Source of the DNA: a virus
Direction: 5' to 3' (one strand)
Length of the DNA: 40,093 nt
Virus genome (UHGV): UHGV-0382740
The translations under genes and the position numbers were made by a program. Each line of letters starts with the position of its first letter. Within the stretch, counting starts at the first letter, position 1. The notes below the pieces were generated by a model. It saw nothing but the letters and a program-made list of their open reading frames with translations, searched no databases and had not been told where the DNA came from. Shown in pieces: positions 26,473 to 34,709 of this stretch.

Positions 26473-27864
26473 ATGGCAACCGCAGTACCCTATAAAGACA
26501 AGGATGGAAACATCATCTCCTATCAGATTCAGGTCTTCCGTGGCCGCGACAATGCTGGTAAGAAGCTTAAACCATACACAGAGAGCTGGAAAGTACCTCA
26601 GACATATAAATCTGAGAAGGCAATCAAAAAAGCCCTAGAAAAGGAAATGGGAGCGTTTGAGGCCAAATGTAGAGAAGGCCGAGTATCGATGGAAAACAGT
26701 ACGCTATCAGAATACTGTCGGCGCTATATTGAACTTAAAAGCGGAAACAAGAAAAAATCTGTTGCTTTCTATGAATCCCTCATGCCAAGAATAGATGCTG
26801 AGATAGGTTCCATCCGGCTGGATAAGCTGAAAGCAAAACATCTGGATGACTTTTACATCAAGCTCCAAAAACCGGAATCACGTAAGGATGTCAAGGCTGT
26901 CGCCAATGACAAACTTCTTGCTGAACGTAACCGCCAGAAACTCACGAACAAGGCCCTGGCCGATGCTGCCGGAATCTGTTCTAACACAGTCACTCTTGCA
27001 ATTCAAAAACATAATCTGAATATCGAGACCGCCCGGAAACTATCAGCTGCTCTTGGAAAGGATATTTCAGAGTTATTTGATATCATCTCGCCTGGTGGAG
27101 AAGATGGATTATCCGCTAAAACAATCCACCACTACCACACCTTTTTACATTCTGTATTAGAGATGGCCCGCACAAAGGAAAACCTTGCTTTTAATGCCGC
27201 TTCTGCTGCCACAGCCCCCTCAGTTATTCACAAAGAAGCTGAATTTTTTGAGATTGACGAAATCATTCAAATTAGACAAGCTTTGGAGAGGTATCCCTTT
27301 AAATATCGTATTATGATCTGCCTGCTGGCTGATACTGGAATACGGCGTGGCGAACTTTTTGGCATCCGCTGGTCAGTAATCTCTTTCGACCGGAATGAGA
27401 TTCTAATAAACAGAAACATTCAACGGATAAAGAATCTTGGACTATTCGCAGATACACCCAAAGGACGCCGCTCACGCACTATCCACATATCAGATGAGAT
27501 GGCAGCCTTGCTACAGGAATATAAAACTTATCAAGAAAAGGAGAGGGAATATATTGAAATCCCAGATTACAATATGGAGGGATATTTATTCATTCAGGAA
27601 AATGGTACCGTGATGGATCCTAACAGCCTAAACATCTGGACCAAGAAATTTGAGAAGGCTGAAGGGTTACCGCACGTTTACCCTCATAAGTTCCGGCATT
27701 CCCAGGCCAGCATCCTGTTGTACTCAGGAATAGATATTGTAACCGTTGCTGCACGTCTGGGGCATAACCAAACCAGTACCACGACTGATATATATGGGCA
27801 CGTCCTTCAAAAGGCAGATCATCATGCTTCCGATATGATTGCCCAGGCCCTATATGGGAAATAA
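26473..27864 (+). CDS. Tyrosine integrase, 464 aa from the ATG at 26473 with an AAGGAGG RBS.
   Basis: C-terminal HKFRHSQASILLYSGIDIVTVAARLGHNQTSTTTDIYGHV (HxxR...Y) and box I RRGELFGIRW. There is an internal HTH-like insert, LTNKALADAAGICSNTVTLAIQKHNL. Confidence 0.85.
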   Translation: MATAVPYKDKDGNIISYQIQVFRGRDNAGKKLKPYTESWKVPQTYKSEKAIKKALEKEMGAFEAKCREGRVSMENSTLSEYCRRYIELKSGNKKKSVAFYESLMPRIDAEIGSIRLDKLKAKHLDDFYIKLQKPESRKDVKAVANDKLLAERNRQKLTNKALADAAGICSNTVTLAIQKHNLNIETARKLSAALGKDISELFDIISPGGEDGLSAKTIHHYHTFLHSVLEMARTKENLAFNAASAATAPSVIHKEAEFFEIDEIIQIRQALERYPFKYRIMICLLADTGIRRGELFGIRWSVISFDRNEILINRNIQRIKNLGLFADTPKGRRSRTIHISDEMAALLQEYKTYQEKEREYIEIPDYNMEGYLFIQENGTVMDPNSLNIWTKKFEKAEGLPHVYPHKFRHSQASILLYSGIDIVTVAARLGHNQTSTTTDIYGHVLQKADHHASDMIAQALYGK

Positions 27865-28030
27865 ATCAAAAAATTTATGGACTATTTATGGACACGATTT
27901 AAAAAAGTCCATAAAAAATACGTGAATGGGTAAAATTTACAAAACACAAGGAGACCGAAAACCCGCATAAAACCTAGCTTTTTCAGAAATAGTGAATCTA
28001 CACGAAAGCTATAAAACAAAAATATGGGAA

Positions 28031-28073
28031 CTACGGACCGTAGTGTCGGGAGTTCGAATCTTCTCTGGCGCAT
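28031..28073 (+). tRNA. 3' fragment of a tRNA (variable arm, T-arm, acceptor 3' strand). Probable att core overlap, not a complete gene.
   Basis: GGGAGTTCGAATCTTCT is a T-stem-loop with a TTCGAAT loop, followed by the acceptor strand CTGGCGC plus A, then an intrinsic terminator. No matching 5' half was found. Confidence 0.4.
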
Positions 28074-28081
28074 GAATAAAA

Positions 28082-28118
28082 CCCTGTAAGCATAAGGCTT
28101 ACGGGGTTTTTGTTATAT
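28082..28118 (+). terminator. Rho-independent terminator downstream of the tRNA fragment.
   Basis: Stem CCCTGTAAGC / GCTTACGGGG followed by TTTTTGTT. Confidence 0.6.
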
Positions 28119-28186
28119 CACAGATAATTTATAAAAATAGAATTTATGGACTTTTTATGGACTCGACTTTCTTACGATTGATATAA

Positions 28187-28218
28187 AAAGCGGGACCGCA
28201 TATCTGGTGCCCGCTTTT
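28187..28218 (-). terminator. Hairpin terminator after the small ORF (may act bidirectionally).
   Basis: AAAAGCGGG...CCCGCTTTT. Confidence 0.4.
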
Positions 28219-28224
28219 CTAAAC

Positions 28225-28380
28225 TCATCCTCTTTGCTTACTGTCAATCAGGCTTTTGTAATAGGCCCAGTTGAGGGTTATTGCTACTGCCTGAGCCACC
28301 TTCTCATCGACTTCATCATGTTCACCTATTTCTCTCATGCAAATAGAAACAAACTTATCCTCATCTATTGGATATGCCAT
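28225..28380 (-). CDS. Small conserved protein, 51 aa. Paralog of the ORF at 37251..37391.
   Basis: Manual translation: MAYPIDEDKFVSICMREIGEHDEVDEKVAQAVAITLNWAYYKSLIDSKQRG. RBS GGAGGAAG. Confidence 0.4.
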   Translation of the reverse strand: MAYPIDEDKFVSICMREIGEHDEVDEKVAQAVAITLNWAYYKSLIDSKQRG

Positions 28381-28521
28381 AACTACTTCCTCCTTTGTAT
28401 TTATACAGAAACACCTATAAGAATATTAAGGATTTTCGTGTATCCATATCCATTACTCCTCTAATGTACACCATAGTTTTCGTCTCCTTTCAAGTTATCT
28501 TTAATTGGAGAACGCACCAAT

Positions 28522-28761
28522 TTACTTTTCCCTTCGCTTTGTCCCGATATCGGGACACTTTTTAAATTTCACTGCTGAATCGAATAAATCTACAATTCCA
28601 ATATGTAACCCTTCTGCTATCATCTCGGCCTCATGGAGGGTCATTGATACCTCTCCATTCTCTATCCTACTCAAAGCCGACTTTGATAATCCAGTCATGA
28701 TTTCCATCTGCCGAAGGGATAATTTCCTCTCTTCTCTTATATTTTTCAGCAGTATCTTCAT
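28522..28761 (-). CDS. XRE-family HTH regulator, 79 aa.
   Basis: LSLRQMEIMTGLSKSALSRIENGE is an HTH. Confidence 0.55.
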   Translation of the reverse strand: MKILLKNIREERKLSLRQMEIMTGLSKSALSRIENGEVSMTLHEAEMIAEGLHIGIVDLFDSAVKFKKCPDIGTKRREK

Positions 28762-28867
28762 AATTACGAATATACCACTTTTTTATCGTTTTGTGTTTGG
28801 AAATAAGTACCAGCACTGGAAACAAACAGCCAGTGCTATAATCAAAGAAAAAAAGGGGATTTTTACA

Positions 28868-29158
28868 ATGGATGTCAAACCAAATCTATGCTTCGGACAA
28901 TTGGAAACAAAATGGTCGTGGAAGAACAAGCGCTACGGGAGAATCTGGAAATGTACCTGCGAGTGTGGCGGGTACTGTTATGTAAAGGAGGAGGCCCTGG
29001 TGATGGGGATCGTGAAAGACTGCGGGGGTATCTGCCATCAAAAAGTAGTACCAAGCGCAATAATGGAAAGCTATGCGTATGCAAGGGGAGAAACAGTTAC
29101 TCCCGAAGAGATGGAAAGAGTATTAAAAAGAGTTGAAAAATACAGAAAACGTACATAA
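28868..29158 (+). CDS. Small Cys-rich zinc-finger-like protein, 96 aa. Start at the ATG at 28868.
   Basis: CTCECGGYC...CGGICH. Divergent from the XRE gene. The promoter region contains an 8-bp inverted repeat (28812..28837) overlapping a TATAAT box. Confidence 0.35.
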   Translation: MDVKPNLCFGQLETKWSWKNKRYGRIWKCTCECGGYCYVKEEALVMGIVKDCGGICHQKVVPSAIMESYAYARGETVTPEEMERVLKRVEKYRKRT

Positions 29159-29298
29159 ACAGAGCAACAAGCCTTGCCCGAATGGGAAGAAAAATTGATA
29201 GTCAATGAAATAATTAGAATCAGAGAAAGAGACATGAGTAACGGCGAGGAATGATCCCCGCCGTCTTTTTATATACCCACCCAATCCGCCCTACCTTA

Positions 29299-30042
29299 TT
29301 AAAACTCCCCTATACGCTGCTCCCCGTCAGGTGCCACATACATTGCACACTCCAGTGGATGACCGTATTCAGGCTCAAAATAGTACCACTTGCCCCCGAT
29401 CTGGTGCCAGTCCGTCAGGGCGTATCCATCCGAATTAAAATAGTACTTATGATGATTGATGATCTGCCAGCAGGACTTATGATAATCCGTGGTGCTGTAT
29501 GCATACCACCAGCCGTTAAGATCATGGTGCCAGCCAATCTCATACGTGGGTGCCATCTTAGCCGCCACATCCCGTTTAAACTGCTCCCAGGCATCCGGGT
29601 GATTCACAAACCACTTGGGGCATACCTTCCGAGTTACGTCATAGTGCCTGATCAGACCGCCATGCAGTGGATCCAGGCCCCAGCGCTTGCAGATATCTGC
29701 GCACAACTCCACGTAGGCTGCGTAGGTGGCATCATTAAATTTGCCGGTGCTGTCTGGATGGCATGCCTCAATGCTGATCGTGTACGCATTGGCAGAGTTG
29801 GTGCACCAGCTTACCTCCTCTTCCGGGATCATCTGGATCACCTCGCCCTGAAGCCCAATGATGTAATGGGCGCTGGCCTTGGTGGTGTGGGTAGTCCGCA
29901 GGTTCTCAAAGTAATTCCGGTTGGCCTGGGCCGAGGTTCCGGGGTTGCCTATGTAATGGCAGGCCACAGCAATTGTGCTGCCGCGCCTGGTTCCTGGTCT
30001 GTTATAATTACTCACCGTTAAATACTGCTTGTCTATGATCAT
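29299..30042 (-). CDS. Endolysin: N-acetylmuramoyl-L-alanine amidase (Amidase_2/PGRP) with C-terminal cell-wall-binding repeats. Start at MIIDKQ (30040..30042).
   Basis: PGRP-like core (HYIIG..GEVIQMIPEE.VSWCTNSANAYTISIE). C-terminal GW/YY repeats of the choline-binding/CW_binding type. GGAGG RBS. Confidence 0.8.
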   Translation of the reverse strand: MIIDKQYLTVSNYNRPGTRRGSTIAVACHYIGNPGTSAQANRNYFENLRTTHTTKASAHYIIGLQGEVIQMIPEEEVSWCTNSANAYTISIEACHPDSTGKFNDATYAAYVELCADICKRWGLDPLHGGLIRHYDVTRKVCPKWFVNHPDAWEQFKRDVAAKMAPTYEIGWHHDLNGWWYAYSTTDYHKSCWQIINHHKYYFNSDGYALTDWHQIGGKWYYFEPEYGHPLECAMYVAPDGEQRIGEF

Positions 30043-30144
30043 GTCGTTCCTCCAATCAAAATAAGGCCCAGGGGATGCCTGGGCCTGTCCATCATGTAAC
30101 AATCCGCTTAACCCTGCGGCGGGAGATGTATGGACCACCCCCTC

Positions 30145-30360
30145 TCAGACACCAGTCTTACCATCCAATTCCGGTAATCCTGCCACAGATGTAGCAAGTG
30201 ATAATACACCCGCCAGGACAGATGCGGATGCAACCATAGGCCAATTGACATCACCCATAACTGTTGCTGCACCAACTGTTGCCACAAAAGTCTGCGCCAT
30301 AGTTTTAACCGCCCTAACACCAGCAGCTCTTGCCCATTCTTTTATATCATATTTTCTCAT
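30145..30360 (-). CDS. Holin, 71 aa.
   Basis: Two hydrophobic helices. Immediately upstream of the endolysin gene. Confidence 0.55.
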   Translation of the reverse strand: MRKYDIKEWARAAGVRAVKTMAQTFVATVGAATVMGDVNWPMVASASVLAGVLSLATSVAGLPELDGKTGV

Positions 30361-30362
30361 TA

Positions 30363-30623
30363 CTATTTCTCCCTTTCATTTTCAATGACTTTCAACCTGG
30401 TTTCATGATCCGCAAGCCTCTCATCCTGCTCATCGTTCTTTTCCCAAATGCGCCGGTGTGATTCGTGGTTATGTAATTCAAGGCTGGAAAAATCCTCGCC
30501 TAATGCATCCAGCTTCACAATCAGTTTCGTGATTGCTGTGTTTAGTTTGATCACAGGTGCACCAATAGCAATCGCTGTCGTAATCATTCCCACAACAATT
30601 GCTACAACCTCATATTTATCCAC
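30363..30623 (-). CDS. Membrane protein with an N-terminal transmembrane helix and a charged coiled C-terminus. Possible lysis accessory protein, 86 aa, with a GTG start.
   Basis: Location in the lysis cassette and an XhlA-like size. Confidence 0.3.
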   Translation of the reverse strand: MDKYEVVAIVVGMITTAIAIGAPVIKLNTAITKLIVKLDALGEDFSSLELHNHESHRRIWEKNDEQDERLADHETRLKVIENEREK

Positions 30624-30793
30624 AGCATGTACCTCGCTTTTCCTTATTCTGTGGTGTTTGTCTCACCGGTAATCTCCTTGTAATCTGCCTCAGATAATTT
30701 ACCGGCCGCCACCAGGGCCTTAAGCCGGTCAATGTCCCACAGCCTCGGGTAATATTTCTGTGCTAATCCTTTCACATCCATGGTCTCACCTCC

Positions 30794-31204
30794 TTATAAA
30801 TCGATACCGGCCATTATAGCCACAAAATCAACATCAGCCCTAAGTTTGTCCACCTGCGCCCCTACGCCCGGCTGTTCGAGTGTCAGCATTGCCACACGGC
30901 CATATACAGCTGCTGTTGTAACGGTACCGTCCTCCTCATACTGCTCCGGGGTAATAAGATAGTGATCATCAATGGACTTGGGGTTGCCCAACACGGTATA
31001 GCCATCATATACGGCCAGGATGCTGCCATCCTCATTGATGGTCTTAATCTGCTCCGTGGCAGCCGTGTCCTCAAAAACGGCCACGATATCCTCCACTGGT
31101 TCCGCTGCCAGGAAAATAAGTTGCAGTGTGCTGGGTGTGGAGGATGTGCCACCGATAACAAGCGGATACTCCTTACCATTTTTTAATCTGATTTTTTCAT
31201 TCAT
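30794..31204 (-). CDS. Hypothetical protein, possibly a tail-fibre assembly or accessory protein, 136 aa.
   Basis: Position between the tail fibre genes and the lysis genes. Confidence 0.3.
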   Translation of the reverse strand: MNEKIRLKNGKEYPLVIGGTSSTPSTLQLIFLAAEPVEDIVAVFEDTAATEQIKTINEDGSILAVYDGYTVLGNPKSIDDHYLITPEQYEEDGTVTTAAVYGRVAMLTLEQPGVGAQVDKLRADVDFVAIMAGIDL

Positions 31205-31307
31205 AATTTTTCCTTTCCGCCCAGCCGGACATACCGGACGCCGGGCAATAAAATAAGCCCCAATAGGGACCTGATTAACAAGTTTCGTTCGTATTCAAAA
31301 TAGCAAT

Positions 31308-31541
31308 TTGACTGATGTTTCCAATACAGCTGCTACGGCAAATAACAAAGTCATCCTGAATGGTGTTAAGAACATTAATGGGTTTACAACTGTCTATTCT
31401 GACCGCACTGATCGGGCAATCCAGTTGCAATACGCATCCGGAGAGATTGCATCAATAGCCTTTAATAATACGGGAATTTGGTATGACTTTTACAATGGAA
31501 CCACTTGGAACCAGGTTTGGAAACTTAATAAGCCGACATAA
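31308..31541 (+). other. Inverted, promoterless tail-fibre C-terminal cassette (alternative C-terminus).
   Basis: Plus-strand ORF with a TTG start and no RBS. It encodes a domain homologous to the C-terminus of the convergent fibre gene (NTG...Y...TW.NQ pattern). It begins at a 13-bp inverted repeat. Confidence 0.5.
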
Positions 31542-31549
31542 TGATCATT

Positions 31550-32215
31550 TTACCATCCCTCCGAAACAACTTTAGATTGATTGGTTGCCCAGTTGTCAGT
31601 TGTCCGGTACATGGTAAGTTGCCCCGTATTCTCAATTTGGAGGCGATACCGTATACTCTCTCCAATGTTTAGTGTCATGGCTGCCCACTGGTTATTATTG
31701 GACAATTCCACATACCATCCTTCTGTTCCTTTGGTTCTTACCGTGGATCCAGCAAGGGGGCCATCATAACCGCTGGAAAAATTTTCCTCAAGCGAGGATA
31801 CGCGATTATTTGTACTTCCCAAATTGCTATTTATGTCATCTTTTACAGATTTCAAGTACGCACTGGAAGGGACCTTATCTGTAGCAGTGGATTCCGTTTG
31901 TGCGATATTTGCTTTTGCAAATAATTTCGTCATAACCTTATCTGCGACAGCATCAATCAACGCCTGAACAGTTGAATTACTACCGGCGGCCACTACCATC
32001 CCCTGTGTATCTTTGGCCGGTACCCCCGCTGCAGATCCCGGATATCCCTGCCCATGTAACTGCCAATAAGCTGTATTGGTCGGTACATTTCCCTTGGTAC
32101 TTTTCAAAGCTACATAGCTACTCCCATTGTATGTAACAAGATCAAGAATCTCGTAAGTTGTATTTGCATTGTATGCCCCTTTGGGGACTACCATTACTTT
32201 TCCTAAATCCTCCAT
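31550..32215 (-). CDS. Tail fibre protein, 221 aa.
   Basis: Location in the fibre cluster. Contains the 13-bp inverted repeat partner at codons DINSNLG. Confidence 0.5.
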   Translation of the reverse strand: MEDLGKVMVVPKGAYNANTTYEILDLVTYNGSSYVALKSTKGNVPTNTAYWQLHGQGYPGSAAGVPAKDTQGMVVAAGSNSTVQALIDAVADKVMTKLFAKANIAQTESTATDKVPSSAYLKSVKDDINSNLGSTNNRVSSLEENFSSGYDGPLAGSTVRTKGTEGWYVELSNNNQWAAMTLNIGESIRYRLQIENTGQLTMYRTTDNWATNQSKVVSEGW

Positions 32216-32409
32216 TAAGTCACCTCACTTTTAAGATGTCCATCAGATCCCAACGTGAATTTAAGGTTGGCATCCTGGTGGGCCTGTAAATGCCCTGTAC
32301 TGGCATTTATTTGTAAATATGTTGTGTCAAAGCGGTTATTATTTACATAGGTCTTTACCTTACCCCATAAATAGACTACCCCATTCTTATCAATACTCTT
32401 TGCGGCCAT
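32215..32409 (-). CDS. Tail-fibre N-terminal module, 64 aa. Paralogous to the N-terminus of the next fibre gene.
   Basis: MAAKSIDKNGVVYLWGKVK aligns with MGKSLDQNGVLYLWNKIK in the neighbouring gene. TAATG overlap with the downstream ORF. Confidence 0.4.
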   Translation of the reverse strand: MAAKSIDKNGVVYLWGKVKTYVNNNRFDTTYLQINASTGHLQAHQDANLKFTLGSDGHLKSEVT

Positions 32410-32424
32410 ACACGACCACCACCT

Positions 32425-33189
32425 TTACACGCAAATGGAATCAAGTTCAGCATTAGTGATATAGTCAATATTAAATATCTCACCCAAACTATCCCATTGT
32501 GTACCATCCCAAGCTACATTAGCACCAGCAGCCCCATATTTTGATGCCGCTTTTATATTATAGACATCTCCCGCTATTTGTCCGGTTGTAGGTAGGGCCG
32601 CCTCATTATCTACTGATCCTTTATATTTGTACATCCCAGCAATATCTGATTTTAAAGCATATGTAGACGCTGCTCCAAAAGCTGAAAGCTTTGTAAAATC
32701 AGCTTTGCTCATAAGGCCATCTTTTGACGCTGTGGCCACAGTATAGGTAGTATTGGGCGGGGATTGCCACGTCCCATCACCGCGCAGATACTTAGTCTGA
32801 GCACCAATAGCTGGCTGCGGAACGAGACCATGTGCTCCCGCAGTATCCGCTGAGGCTCCCTTCATATCACTATAAGTTGTGTCACTAAACTTGGCGTTTG
32901 CTGGTACATCAATGGCAACAGTGTGTCCCCCAACCGTTGCAACATTTCCTCCATTTGCGGGCATGGATGTAGGCTTGTTCTTTATAAATGCATCAGATGC
33001 TGTGTCTGTCACACTCCAGTCACTTTGCACATTTACCTCAGCCCCGGAGGCAACACCGCTAAGTTTGTTCTTTTCGGCAGTGCTATAGTCGTTGGTTGAC
33101 AACCCCTTGCCTGCTTCCTTTGTAACAAATATGCTCTTAATTTTATTCCACAAATATAGAACACCGTTTTGGTCTAATGACTTTCCCAC
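32425..33189 (-). CDS. Tail fibre protein, 254 aa.
   Basis: Contains a DGLMSKADFTKL motif, recalled as the conserved DGLMSxxDKxKL phage tail-fibre repeat. Gly/Ala/Thr-rich. Confidence 0.6.
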   Translation of the reverse strand: MGKSLDQNGVLYLWNKIKSIFVTKEAGKGLSTNDYSTAEKNKLSGVASGAEVNVQSDWSVTDTASDAFIKNKPTSMPANGGNVATVGGHTVAIDVPANAKFSDTTYSDMKGASADTAGAHGLVPQPAIGAQTKYLRGDGTWQSPPNTTYTVATASKDGLMSKADFTKLSAFGAASTYALKSDIAGMYKYKGSVDNEAALPTTGQIAGDVYNIKAASKYGAAGANVAWDGTQWDSLGEIFNIDYITNAELDSICV

Positions 33190-33202
33190 TCTCTTATCTC
33201 CT

Positions 33203-33700
33203 TTACTTTAAAATTTCTTCCAGTTCTAAGTTACTTAGTGGAGTAGGGATATTCCGCCACACCTCCAATAATTCCGCGTCTGTTGCTAACCCCTCATCAA
33301 GATCCACCCAAACATATCCGTCTGGACCTCGGGCAAGCATTTGTCCCTCTTCGCCTCCAGACGGAAGCAACCGCGAATATGCCGGTTCCTCTGGTGTCAC
33401 ATAGTCCCCAGGTTTTTCCCGATCAGTAACCACAAGAATGATTTTTTGTACAGTCTTTCCGCTGTTCATATCAGCATAATAAACATACACATCAATATCA
33501 TCAGCATATTGTAACAGGTAATCTGGAATAAGGACCTGCATATCTTGGATATATTGGGTGATCGCTTTACCATGCTGGCAAAAATGTATTTCAGTTCCGT
33601 TTGGTATCTCTAGTCCCCTGATCTCTAATATTTGTCCATAATCGTATCGGGTAAGCCCATATACAATACAAGGACTATCTTTATAATCTGCAACTATCAT
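33203..33700 (-). CDS. Hypothetical tail-associated protein, 165 aa.
   Basis: ORF within the tail module. Confidence 0.3.
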   Translation of the reverse strand: MIVADYKDSPCIVYGLTRYDYGQILEIRGLEIPNGTEIHFCQHGKAITQYIQDMQVLIPDYLLQYADDIDVYVYYADMNSGKTVQKIILVVTDREKPGDYVTPEEPAYSRLLPSGGEEGQMLARGPDGYVWVDLDEGLATDAELLEVWRNIPTPLSNLELEEILK

Positions 33701-33712
33701 ATGTCCCCTCCA

Positions 33713-34534
33713 TCATCCTATTTGCACTGTGAGATGACCTGTCCCCGTATTAACGGCAAAAGAAGTCTCAGATATATGTGTCATGTTTTCGGCATGTTGG
33801 GCAGCGGCCTGTGCAGCGGCACAATACGCTTTGGCATTATCAGATGTATCCCCTTCCTCTACGCCACCTACTGCATACCTTTTAGATTTATCAGCAAAAT
33901 ACTTAGCGTTGTTTCCATCAAATCCCGTTCCGCCGATTGCCCATCCTTGTGCCGTGCTGGCAGCCTGCTCCGCCACTCCTTTAGCGGTCTGTGCATCTAG
34001 GGTGTATTGACGGATAGTTGACATGATGGTCGGTTCAAGCTTTGCCAGTGTAATCTTTCCATCTGGGATATCGGCGCTTATGTTCTTGCCATTAACAGTA
34101 AATTGTATCCTATCAGTATTCGTAAAGGTATATGTATCAATAAATTTTGATAGAGACACCTTTTGCTTAGTTCCATCAGCTAATTCCAGGACAAAATTAT
34201 TCCCCTCCAAATAACAATTAAGTGCTATTTTTTCAACAGCGGAATCATGTGTCACTTTAGATCCATCAAGCCTCGTAAACGTCATGACTCCTGTGGTATC
34301 ATTCATTTCAAAATTCACAAACACATTTGTCAAATCTGATGCATCCGCCTTATCCTGCGCCAGGATAAGGATACGATTATCCATCTCATTGATACCATCC
34401 TCAATATGATTCAGATGGACCTCATTAATGGGTGATTCTATGCTTGGCTTATTCCTCCAAGTAAATGGATAATAGTACTTAGACAGTGCCGTTGCTGCTC
34501 TGCTCATCCTGCTCAGTAATCCCATCCTGATCAC
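33713..34534 (-). CDS. BppU-like baseplate or tail fibre N-terminal domain protein, 273 aa.
   Basis: Architecture and position after the Tal-like gene. Confidence 0.4.
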   Translation of the reverse strand: MIRMGLLSRMSRAATALSKYYYPFTWRNKPSIESPINEVHLNHIEDGINEMDNRILILAQDKADASDLTNVFVNFEMNDTTGVMTFTRLDGSKVTHDSAVEKIALNCYLEGNNFVLELADGTKQKVSLSKFIDTYTFTNTDRIQFTVNGKNISADIPDGKITLAKLEPTIMSTIRQYTLDAQTAKGVAEQAASTAQGWAIGGTGFDGNNAKYFADKSKRYAVGGVEEGDTSDNAKAYCAAAQAAAQHAENMTHISETSFAVNTGTGHLTVQIG

Positions 34535-34709
34535 TTCCTTTCTTCGATTTCAGATATTCTTCCAGTGGCTTTCCTGATTCCAGTATAGTGGCTGCCGTAG
34601 CCAGTTTCCTTGCTGCCTCGATCCCGGTAAGGCTAAGGCTGTTTAAAAAACTCATCACTGACTGTATATCCTTCTGACTGTGTACGATCATTCCTTCATT
34701 ATTTGGCAT
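34479..34709 (-). CDS. Hypothetical protein, 76 aa.
   Basis: ORF overlapping neighbours. Confidence 0.25.
   Translation of the reverse strand: MPNNEGMIVHSQKDIQSVMSFLNSLSLTGIEAARKLATAATILESGKPLEEYLKSKKGSDQDGITEQDEQSSNGTV

Larger units (their letters stand above)
27874..28162. repeat. Integrase arm-type site repeats (TTTATGGAC) flanking the att core.
   Basis: Direct copies at 27874, 27885, 28143 and 28154, each pair spaced 11 bp. One inverted copy at 27907..27915. Confidence 0.55.

Noticed and set aside
28031-28073. A complete tRNA gene at the att site.
   Set aside because: Only the variable arm, T-arm and acceptor 3' strand are present. No D-arm or 5' acceptor strand (GCGCCAG) was found upstream. 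It is called a fragment only.
29251-30021. A 256-aa plus-strand ORF.
   Set aside because: Antisense to the well-supported endolysin gene. Hydrophobic nonsense translation.
31308-32215. Diversity-generating retroelement (template and variable repeats) acting on the tail fibre.
   Set aside because: No reverse transcriptase gene in the window. The two related segments are inverted relative to each other with a shared 13-bp crossover repeat. That fits site-specific inversion rather than retrohoming.
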